A stretch of 41,319 nucleotides of DNA from the NCBI GenBank assembly GCA_016618085.1, contig JABLTG010000171.1, forward strand, positions 1-41,319. Direction: 5' to 3'. Both the position numbers and the translations under genes were made by a program. This DNA is from Neovahlkampfia damariscottae. Taxonomy: Eukaryota. Positions 1 to 9,400 of the stretch are shown here, piece by piece (position 1 is the stretch's first letter; each line of letters opens with the position of its first letter). A model generated the notes under the pieces. The model did not search any database. It was not told the DNA's origin and saw only the letters and a program-made list of their open reading frames with translations.

Positions 1-2
1 AA

Positions 3-2120
3 AAAGTAAAAACTGATTACATGAAATTGTATAAAAAACATGATAATGAATTTATGAATGGATTATTATCTAAAAATTATTTATCAACTTACTCGGATTC
101 ATTACAACATAATTTATTTAATTTTCCAATTTCTTGTGCTGTTGGTAATTTAAAATGTAATATTCCAAAAGAACAATATGCAATTGATTTTACAAAGGCT
201 TATTCTTCAATTTTATATGAAAGTAAATTTATTCCAGTTTGCACACCTTTTGATGAATTTGAAAAATATAATGGAGAAGACATTTTACCATCAAATTTGT
301 ATATGATTAAATTAGAATCTTCCCCAGAAAATAAATTATTATCTGATACAAAAACAAGATTAATTTATGGTGTTAATTTATTATTGATTAAAAAATATCA
401 AAAAATTAAAATTTTGAGTGTTTGTAAGTTAAATAAAGTTCAAGATAATGATATTTTACCTTCAATTATGGATAAAATTAAAGATAGTGGTTTAAAAACT
501 GAAGATTGGAAATTCATTTTAAATAAAGGAATTGGATTAACTGGAAAAAGATATTCACAAGGAAGTCAAAGCGGATTATATGATTCAGAAAAAGAAGCAA
601 ATTCATATTTAAAAAGAAATAATCCACACTTTCCAAAACATGTAAGAGATACTGAATTATGGTATATTGAACACAAAGGAGAAAGAAAACAATTGAAAAA
701 TGGTCTTTATTTAATTCAAGCATTAATTTATGATACAATGAGAACAAAATTATTTTTAATGTCTAAGGAATTAAAAGAACAAGGTATTGATGTTGTATCA
801 GTAAAAACGGATTGTATTTATACAGATAAAAAACCTGACAATTCAAGATTATCATTTAGAACTGGCAATAAATGGGGGGAAATAAAACCAGTTCAAAAAG
901 AATATTTTAAAGGTTCAACTTTTTTAACAATGCATAAATACACTAAAAATTGTTGTGATACTTGTATGAGAAAATGCGAGAATTTAAATGTTGAAAAAAT
1001 TAAATCAAAAATCTACAGACCACCAACAATTAATAAAATTGAATTAGAAAATGAATTTGATAATACAGAATTTAGGAAAGCAATTGATAGAACCATTATA
1101 AGAGCTGACCTTCCAGGTGCTGGTAAAACAACCAATATTATTAAATATTATCAATCCATCAACAAGAAAATATTAGTTGCTTGTCCAACAAATGTTTTAG
1201 CATTGGATATTAAAAATAAATTTAAAAAAGTTGAAGCGATTACATTTTGTAAAATGGCAGGTATTATTGTGGGAGAAGATAAAAAAGTGAGAACATTTGA
1301 TTTAGCAGATTTTGATGTTATCCTTATTGATGAAATTTACAATTTAACAACCAGTGATTTATTTGACCTGAAAAATATTATGGAATCCAATGAAGATAAA
1401 ATATTTATTGCAACTGGGGATAATTTACAAAATAGCCCAATTGAAAACTTTATAAATGACGAAACCATTTACAACAAAATTATTGAAAATATGTTTTTTA
1501 ATCATTTACAATTACATAGAAGTAGAAGAATTAAAGATGAGAAACAAGAAGAAACATTAAGAAAATTAAAGAAATATATTTTTGATAATTTCAATAATAT
1601 TTCACGTCAAGAGTTCATTAATACACTTTATACACAATTTGGAATTAAAATAAATGGAGAAAAGAATAACAGAACAGATATGAATATTACTTATTTCAAT
1701 TCAACAGCAATAAAAATATGTCAAGGAGTATTAAATAAATTAAAATATAAAAAGGTTCAATGTAAAATTTTTAACTGGTGTAAAGATATAAAATGTTTCG
1801 TTAAACAAAGATTTAGAACAAAAGATAAATTATTTCACAACAATTATGTTTATAATATTGTGGAATTAAATAAAGAAAGTGCAACATTACAAGATGTTTT
1901 AACCAAAGAAAAATATATTATTTCAATTCAACGATTAGATAGTTGTTTTCGTCCTTCATTTGGTTACACATGTCACTCAGTGCAAGGTATTACAACAGAG
2001 AAAAGCATTAATATTTTTGATATTGAAAGTAATTTTATTACTCCAAATTGGCTTTGGGTTTGTCTCACAAGATGCACTGATTTAAATTATTTAAATTTAG
2101 TTGTGAAAAAAAGAGTTTAA
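3..2120 (+). CDS. Family B DNA polymerase-like domain fused to an SF1 (Pif1/RecD-like) helicase, 5'-partial
   Basis: The frame is open from position 3 (KVKTDY-M). PolB-like motifs: A YAIDFTKAYSSIL, B KFILNKGIGLTG, C VKTDCIY. Helicase motifs: Walker A PGAGKT, Walker B ILIDE, III TGDNLQNSPI, V TCHSVQG, VI WVCLTR. Confidence 0.85.
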   Translation, partial: KVKTDYMKLYKKHDNEFMNGLLSKNYLSTYSDSLQHNLFNFPISCAVGNLKCNIPKEQYAIDFTKAYSSILYESKFIPVCTPFDEFEKYNGEDILPSNLYMIKLESSPENKLLSDTKTRLIYGVNLLLIKKYQKIKILSVCKLNKVQDNDILPSIMDKIKDSGLKTEDWKFILNKGIGLTGKRYSQGSQSGLYDSEKEANSYLKRNNPHFPKHVRDTELWYIEHKGERKQLKNGLYLIQALIYDTMRTKLFLMSKELKEQGIDVVSVKTDCIYTDKKPDNSRLSFRTGNKWGEIKPVQKEYFKGSTFLTMHKYTKNCCDTCMRKCENLNVEKIKSKIYRPPTINKIELENEFDNTEFRKAIDRTIIRADLPGAGKTTNIIKYYQSINKKILVACPTNVLALDIKNKFKKVEAITFCKMAGIIVGEDKKVRTFDLADFDVILIDEIYNLTTSDLFDLKNIMESNEDKIFIATGDNLQNSPIENFINDETIYNKIIENMFFNHLQLHRSRRIKDEKQEETLRKLKKYIFDNFNNISRQEFINTLYTQFGIKINGEKNNRTDMNITYFNSTAIKICQGVLNKLKYKKVQCKIFNWCKDIKCFVKQRFRTKDKLFHNNYVYNIVELNKESATLQDVLTKEKYIISIQRLDSCFRPSFGYTCHSVQGITTEKSINIFDIESNFITPNWLWVCLTRCTDLNYLNLVVKKRV

Positions 2121-2162
2121 AGAAAAGAAAATACGTAACATTAAGTTAAAAAGAGTTAAAAA

Positions 2163-2756
2163 ATGGTAATTGATTATTCAAAAGGGAAAATATATAAAAT
2201 TGTTTGCAATACAACTGGATTAGTATATGTTGGTTCAACTTGCAAACCTAGATTATGCCAAAGATTGGCGAAACATGTGTCAGATTATAAAAGTTATAGA
2301 ATAGGAAAATATAACTTTATCACATCATTCAAAGTTTTAGAAAATAATAATTATCATATTGAATTGATTGAAAAATGTGATTGCAAAGATAAAGATGAAT
2401 TACATCAAAAAGAAAGATATTATATTCAATCAATGAAATGTGTAAATAAAGTTGTACCCAAAAGAACAAATAATGAATATAGACAAGATAATAAAGAAAA
2501 AATAAAATTGTATAAAAAAGATTATGATAAGGAATACAGAGAAAGAAATAAAGAAAAAATCAAATTAAATAAAAAAAAATATGAAATTTTAAATAAAGAA
2601 AAAATTAAAAAAAATAAAGAAAAGTACAAAGAAGTTATCAATTCAAATAGAACAATTAAAATAATATGTATTTGTGGTTCTGAAATACAAAAATGTGAAA
2701 AAGCAAGACATGAAAAAAGTAAAAAACACAAGTTATTTATCACTAAAAATAATTGA
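2163..2756 (+). CDS. GIY-YIG endonuclease with Lys/Glu-rich coiled coil and C-terminal Zn-finger
   Basis: GKIYKI...YVGST...R...H...E...N pattern, YRERNKEKIK-type repeats and terminal CICG...RHEKSKKH. This layout is typical of NCLDV, virophage and PLV GIY-YIG proteins. Confidence 0.9.
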   Translation: MVIDYSKGKIYKIVCNTTGLVYVGSTCKPRLCQRLAKHVSDYKSYRIGKYNFITSFKVLENNNYHIELIEKCDCKDKDELHQKERYYIQSMKCVNKVVPKRTNNEYRQDNKEKIKLYKKDYDKEYRERNKEKIKLNKKKYEILNKEKIKKNKEKYKEVINSNRTIKIICICGSEIQKCEKARHEKSKKHKLFITKNN

Positions 2757-2806
2757 GAAAAATATGATTTATAAATGTTAAATAATAATATTTATAAATA
2801 AAGTTT

Positions 2807-3037
2807 TCATTTTGACCAATTTTTAATAGCGAGTTCTTCATTCTTTTTGTGTTTTTTAGATCTACGGTGGCGCTGAATTTTATATTTCATGATTTTCTGA
2901 TTACAGCATTCACAATGTTTTAGTTCATATAAATTTGCTGTTATTTTATCTTTGTTTTCTTCATAATAATTCTTATGATATTCTTTATTGTATTGTTCTC
3001 TATCTTCTTCTGTTTCAAATTCATATTTTTTAACCAT
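2807..3037 (-). CDS. Small viral-type Zn-finger protein
   Basis: YYEENKDKI helix plus CECC...RHRRSKKH, resembling the C-terminus of the neighbouring GIY-YIG protein. Preceded by the element promoter motif. Confidence 0.8.
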   Translation of the reverse strand: MVKKYEFETEEDREQYNKEYHKNYYEENKDKITANLYELKHCECCNQKIMKYKIQRHRRSKKHKKNEELAIKNWSK

Positions 3038-3085
3038 TGTTGATAATTATATTATTATAATATATAATTATTATTACTTTAACCC
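3038..3085 (-). promoter_or_regulatory. Element-type AT-rich promoter
   Basis: Reverse strand reads GGGTTAAAGTAATAATAATTATATATTATAATAATATAATTATCAACA-ATG, resembling the motif at 39511 and 40280. Confidence 0.6.
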
Positions 3086-3111
3086 AAATAATAAAATACT
3101 ATAAATAAAAT

Positions 3112-4458
3112 TTATTTGTTTCTTTCAATAAATCTTCTAGTTGCTTCACGCATTGAATTAGAATGAAATTTAAATATTCTTTTTTCAATATTATAAGCAA
3201 GAACATGATATCCTTTTACTGCTGGTCCTTCAGCAATAACCTTTGTTTCTTCATCAATATTCAAACTCTCAATGCCATTTTTGTTTTCATTTTTTAATAA
3301 TTTTTGGAATAAATTCTTGTAGAAATCATTTTTGTCAGCTTTCAAACAATTTTTTACAGAATCTTCATCTTTTTCAATTTGTTCTTCAATGAATTCCAAA
3401 GGTTTCATATTTGAAGTTACAAGATTACGAAGATTCACTGGTTTGGTTCCAAATTTTTCTAAAACCATTTTTCTAATTTCGCCATCCGAAGTAAAACCAA
3501 CTTTATCCAAATAATCATTTGCTTCATCATCTGTAAAATCACCAACCCAAATATATTCTTGTCTTCCAGAGTCTAAAAAAATTAAAATTAAAAATTAAAA
3601 ACCTGATGTCATGGACAGACAAGCATTTGCATCACTTAAAACTAAAATGCATCTTGCTTGAACATTGTCAGAAGATATTTGTTTGGCTGTTTTGTAAAGT
3701 TCTTTGATAACTTCTTTTGTTGTGCTTCCTTCAATTTCAAAAATAACAGTTGGAACCCAAATTACTTTTCCATCTTTTGTTTTTTTTATTGAATTACAAA
3801 TTTCACCAAAAACTTGAGCTGATTTATCTAAATAAAAATAATTAGTTTGAAAAAAATTACTTTGATTCCATGGTTCAATTTGAACGTTGATGGCTTCAAG
3901 AAGTTTATGTTTGAAGTTAGAAAGTGTTGTTTCTCCATCAAATTTTACAAAAACCACTCCTTCTTTTCCATTAATAACATGCTTTAAAAGTGTGGTTTTT
4001 CCTGAACCTTTGCTTCCAACAATAATGATATATTTTCTGTTATTTAATGTTCCAATAATTTGATTTAAATGTTCTTCATAATCTTTTCTTACAATATAAT
4101 CTGGTTCTTCATCAAATTTTTCAGGTCTTAAGAGTTCGTTTGCTCCTTCTTTTCTTATTTCAATTTCTCCTTTCTTGCTTTTCAATTCTTGAATGGACAA
4201 ATAATAATAATATAATCCAACTGAACCTGCAATCAAACCACCTATATTTGTTGTAAAAGAGGCTGGATGTTTTTTAGCGTATTCTTTTAAATCTTTAAAC
4301 AATTTACGAAGAGATTCTTTAAATTTTGAAGAAAGATTTGTTTGATTTAAATTCTCTTTTGCTGAATTTCCTTCTTGTGAATAATTCCTAAAGTTAGATT
4401 TTAAAGCTCTGGAAAAGTTCATGAAGGTTTTTCTGCAAAATACTTTGGAAATATTCAT
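3112..4458 (-). CDS. Membrane-anchored P-loop (AAA-like, tuzin-like) NTPase, probably mitochondrial; 2 introns (3828-3860, 3573-3602)
   Basis: Basic, Ser-rich N-terminal presequence, one TM helix (GGLIAGSVGLYYYY) and Walker A GSKGSGKT. Removing the GT-AG introns joins the two ORFs as LSDANA...DSGRQEYIWVGDFTDDEA. Confidence 0.8.
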
Positions 4459-4780
4459 CTTTTTTTCTGAAGACCAAAATTGATTTAATTATGATTGGGT
4501 TAGAAATTTACCAATAAAATTATTTGAATGTTCAACAAATTGAAGTCCAAAAATAAAGCACCAAAAACTTCTCCAAACCTCTAAAAAGAAGGATTCAATC
4601 CAGTGATTGGGTTCAGACTTGTCTGAACAAGTTTCAATAAGAAAAAGTTCCCATTGGATAAATATTTAGTTAAAAATGTAATTTTTCACATTTTTAATTT
4701 TTATGTTCATAGTCTGAAGAGTAGTATTCATCAGAATTTTTAAGTCACAAAGTTTTAAAGGAGAAAATCAGCGATAAAAA

Positions 4781-5560
4781 CTAAAAAATATTTTTTATTT
4801 CCCATTGAGGATCTTCGCTTTTAATAAATTCTTGAATAAACTTGTGAAAGTTCCAAATTAAATCAAGTGCATTTGAATAAATAAGATATAAATTTTTTCC
4901 TTGAAAGTTTACAAGAATGACAGGGCATCCATAATCAAATGTTTTTTTTTCAATTAGTTTATCCAAACAATTCTTATATTCACTAAGTAAGTTATTCTTG
5001 TCTTCGTCATGTTTAACATAATTTTTGTCGAAAACCAAGCTATTTATAATTGGTGTATTATCAAAAGCATAAGAAAAAGCTTTGTGTGAGTCACAGTCTT
5101 TGATTATTTTAAAAATAGTTGAAACATAATGTTTATGATTAGGTCCCATTTTTTTCCATACAAAGTTTGTTTCATTAGTTCTCCGGCAAACGAATGGTAT
5201 TGCCTCCTTTAAAGTTTCCAATTGATTATCATTAAATTTATCTTTGGTATTATATTGTTTTATGTGAAAATGAACCATGATCCTCATTAATTGTGGCACC
5301 CAAAATTCCACAAATTCCTTTGGATGTTTAACATCGCCTTGCACATACATAGTTTTCTCAGAATTTTGTGTTGCTTTATGAAGAGTATAAAGTTCGTTTT
5401 TCAAGGCTTTCACGATTTCTGAATCGTTTTGATTTATTTTGTTTGTGCTTAAATTGTAAACGTTACTTAGATTGGCTCCTGTGGATCCTGAAATATAATC
5501 ATCATTTTTGGTCGGTTCAGTAGGTTCTTTTGGACTTGTAGGTGAAGATTCGGTGCTCAT
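4781..5560 (-). CDS. Hypothetical protein (259 aa)
   Basis: Long ORF. The first ATG is at 5560 (the track start is a TTG), with an ATTGG box about 25 nt upstream. No recognisable motif. Confidence 0.65.
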   Translation of the reverse strand: MSTESSPTSPKEPTEPTKNDDYISGSTGANLSNVYNLSTNKINQNDSEIVKALKNELYTLHKATQNSEKTMYVQGDVKHPKEFVEFWVPQLMRIMVHFHIKQYNTKDKFNDNQLETLKEAIPFVCRRTNETNFVWKKMGPNHKHYVSTIFKIIKDCDSHKAFSYAFDNTPIINSLVFDKNYVKHDEDKNNLLSEYKNCLDKLIEKKTFDYGCPVILVNFQGKNLYLIYSNALDLIWNFHKFIQEFIKSEDPQWEIKNIF

Positions 5561-5639
5561 TGACAAACTTCCAAAAGGATTAGGCCAATCAAAACGCTCC
5601 AAACTTACAATTAGAAGGATTCAAATCTTCCAAAATTAT

Positions 5640-5949
5640 GGATTTACAAACTCGTAGTTTTTATTACCCATAATTTTAGACAAACCAAACCCCAATATCA
5701 CTGAACCAATAAAAGAGGGCAACCAAGGAATAAAATCATGGCTAAAAAAAAGTAAGAAGGTAACTAATATTTTCAAATGTGAAAAACCTGCCGAGTTGAG
5801 GTGTGAGAGGACATGAAAATGGCTCTGGATGTTGGGGGGATTTGGTCAAAAAAAATGAAAAATCCACGAAAATGGTCTTTTTTACTTCCTGTGGGGGGTG
5901 AAAATTAAAAAAAGTTAAATTCCCATCCGGACCTTCTGCTTCTACTACT
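5640..5949 (-). repeat. Candidate terminal segment (TIR arm) of a Polinton-like element
   Basis: Non-coding, locally GC-richer DNA with G-runs. The reverse strand begins AGT-AGT-AGA-AGC-AGA-AGG exactly where the upstream gene fragment loses its repeat pattern. The partner repeat is not in the window. Confidence 0.4.
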
Positions 5950-6368
5950 TTCTCCGTATTTTACATCAATGACAATAGGCATCATTCCTCCTAAAACGGA
6001 GAATTTCGGATAATTGACTTTGCCAGTTTCAGTGATACGAAGTGGTGGAGCCATCCATAAGGTTGAACCAGTAGGATAATAATATGTGATTTTGAATTTT
6101 TTTGGTGTGTATGGCCTTAGGTATGAGTTTGAGCTTGAATATTTCTTACTTTGGATCACCATAAATACTGTTGAAATCCATGTTATGAATTTCAATTTTC
6201 AAGTTCACTTCATGTTGAATGAAGTAACTTCTAAACCATTGAGTCATGTCAATTTCATGTCCTGCAACTCCGTAAAGCACTTTCTCAATAACTGGAAGAG
6301 ATGCACCTGCAACTTGTGGAAATACTACAACCTCACCTTCATTAAATTCTGATGTGTGATACTTTCAT
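5950..6368 (-). pseudogene. Truncated gene with DUF3395 / DnaJC11 C-terminal-like (GDPxP) repeat
   Basis: Spliced reading (34-nt gtaag...ctaag intron) gives VIEKVLYGVAGHEIDMT...NSIYGDPKPYTPKKFKITY. A second repeat starts (IVIDVKYGE) and breaks at 5950. The upstream ATG is one base out of frame. Confidence 0.55.
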
Positions 6369-6438
6369 TCCTAAATTTTTCCACCAATAAGATACACACT
6401 GATTCAAAAAAAATTCTTTTTTTATTAACAATTAACAA

Positions 6439-9400
6439 TTATTTTTTGTACTTTGCACCTCTATGCATATTATCCTTTCCAAATTCCCATCTAAATGTAT
6501 TTGGATTGTTCAATCCAGGAATTCTATGACCCACTTGATATCCAGGAGGATTATTAACTTTATACCAACTTCCTTTTTGATAATATTGATTTTGAAGATA
6601 ACCTCGAATATGTGAAGGTAATTTCTTATTATCCACACAATTTTGTTTAAATTGAGCAGATGCTTTAGCGAAAGACATTTTTTGTGTTGAATTTTGAGGT
6701 AGAAATCCATTCTTAAAAGTGTTTGTTGTAATTTTGTAGTTATTTCTCAAATGATTGCGTGAGAATTGATTTTGTGCCATTCTATTTAAATTCATTGAAA
6801 CTCCACCATACACACGAAAATCATCTAATTGGTTAAAAGTGGCAGGCACCCAACAACAAACTGGGTCAGAATTGACACCATAAAGATCATTTGATTCTGT
6901 TGATATTCCAAATTTCAAGATATCTGTGATCAATTTTTTTTGATTCATCATCATTCTATTTGAGATATGTATTGAATTTCCTGTTTTCATGCAAGACTTG
7001 ATATCTGATGTTGATATTGAAATCATTGACAAATTTTCCAACTGTTGTGAAACCGATGACAAAAATTGAGAATCTGCTCTTTCAAGTTGATTTGAAATGT
7101 CACTTCGTATTTGTGTTCTAAAGGTCTCCTTTTGTTGATATGAAAATTGATATTCAGGGACACCTGATGCTGAAATGGCTTTGCTTAATGCGTTTTCAAC
7201 TTCATCATGGACTCTTGAATAAGTATTCAACGGATATGTACCATCTTTTCTTAACTTGTCAAAATATTCTTGAACTGTAGTTTGTGTGGCTTTTATTTTA
7301 GCTTCCAACATATCATGCTCACTTCTTAAGAATACATATACAGCACTTATCTTTGCTAATTCTTTTAACCTCAATAACTCTGGAAAATATTTCCCAATTT
7401 CATCATAATTTTCAGTAAAATTTTTAGCAAATAAAGCTTCAGGAGAATCATCTTTTGAATCAATTTTAGCGTCAACATATTCACCCTTTTCATTAATACT
7501 CAATAAATGTTTCTTGATTTTCATTTTAACATCTGAAAATACAATTTTAGTATTATCACCTTTTTCAATTTTTTGATAATCCAATTTATCAATTTCAATC
7601 CAAAATCGATGAGCTTTACCACTTCTATTTTTCAAAATCAACTTTTCATGTAATTCACGAGGAATTCTTTGTGAAAATCCATCTGATGAGTTTTTTATTT
7701 CAAATGGAAATCTTGAACTGATTTCAGTTTGTGTTGTCATCATTTTTAACAAATAATCACAATGAAGTAATGTTCCCAAATACATTGTTCCTGAGATATT
7801 ACTTGGTGAGTATTTCATTTCTTGAAATGGATGTGAATCATATAATTCCGAAGGTTGATCTAACGTAAATGCAGCACTAGTAATTCCCAATTGAAATATT
7901 TCGGAAATATCATTGGAATCAAATAGAGGAGTTCCTGTATCTTCAATTAACAAATTGACATTTGTATTTGTCAATTCTATCCCATTTATTTTGTGGAATG
8001 ATTTGTTTGGGAAGTTTAAATTCATCACTTTTGGTGGTAACCAACCATCTAAATCACGTTCCAGTAATGGCCAATTCATCAAATCTTCAATTGTTTCAAT
8101 ATTAATTTTTTTGTTTTTCAATAAACTGATCATTGAATTTTTTCTGAGAATTGAAAAATCATCATTATTCCAACCTTTCCAAACACCTTCAAAAAGATAA
8201 TATTCTGCCAATTCTTTTGGAATATCAGTATCTCCTGATTTTTCTGAAATGAAATTCAAACTTGTTTTCAAATATTCAGAGGATAATAAATTCAAAAAAA
8301 CCATGTCAAATGTGGTATAGTTTTTGTTAATTGAAGGAAATGAAAAAAATCTTTTTAATTGGACTATTTCTTCCAAAATTTGATCGAAAATAGTTTCATA
8401 AATTGATCCAATCAGAGTTGAATTATTTGGTTTTGTTGAAGTCAATGGTTTAATGATTGTATAAGCATTAAGAATGATATTCAAAATATTTTCAAAATAG
8501 TAGCCTTTTAAGTTTGGATTCAAATAAGAACCCGCAATGGAAATGATTTCTGGAGCTAAATCAACAATCAATTTCCACAACGCATAAATTTCATTTTTTG
8601 ATTTTGACTCTTTCATTGCAGTGAGAAAATAGATTTGAGATAACAAAAAATTATTGACAAATGAAACAGAACTTCTTGAAGCCATGCAGAAATCTATGTA
8701 CAAGAATCCTGATTCTAATGATGTTTTTGAATTTTTGAGAATTCCTTTCTCGAATCCTCTGATCATTTTCAAATCTTTTGTTATTTTCAATTTGTTTGGA
8801 TATTCATTAACTTTCGGTATCGAGATATCATTTTTAAAAAATGATCCTTGAAAGATGGATTTTCTCATTTTTGGATTTTCTATAACTTTTGAAATATATT
8901 TTTGAATATTCTCTTCAGGGAATAAAAAAAAGCATTGACATAAAATTCCAACTTTTTCATTGATGTTTGAAGTGATGGAAGATTTCAATAAAAGCAAAAT
9001 TGACTTGTATTGGTCTGGAAAACTGTCCAATTGAAATTTACCCAATTTTTGAATCAATATTTCTTCAATGACTTTTTTGGTGCTCATATTAACATTTAAT
9101 AACAATAGTACTAATTCTTTAACGTTCATTGTTTCAACTGCATTGAGAAGAGATGATCTAAATTGATTTTCTTGACTTTTTTGTAATTTAGATTTGATCG
9201 ACAAAACAATTGAATGATTTTGAAAATTGGAATCATGATTGAATGCATGTAGAATCAAACTCTTTGATTCATCACTTGCATATGTCAACAAAGGAATCAA
9301 AATATCAATATCAACTATTTTTGTTTGTTTAATGAAAGAAAGAATCATTTTGAAACATTGTGTGTTTGAAAATTGAATTTCATTCATTTCTTTGATTCTC

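Larger units (their letters stand above)
1..3085. mobile_element. Endogenous Polinton-like virus / virophage-like element, left arm (core; may extend to 5949)
   Basis: Intronless PolB-helicase, GIY-YIG and Zn-finger ORFs. TATA-rich intergenic DNA without host CCAAT boxes. Promoter motif at 3038-3085 shared with the right-hand element. No capsid, packaging ATPase or integrase gene inside the window. Confidence 0.75.

Noticed and set aside
4720..5949. AGTAGTA at 4720 and TACTACT at 5943-5949 as the TIRs of a 1.2-kb mini-element
   Set aside because: The inverted match is only 7 bp and there is no target-site duplication, so it is compatible with chance.
5905..6368. Gene downstream of the toxin-like ORF as a cognate immunity gene
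   Set aside because: It is a broken DUF3395-like repeat fragment with no resemblance to immunity families I know.
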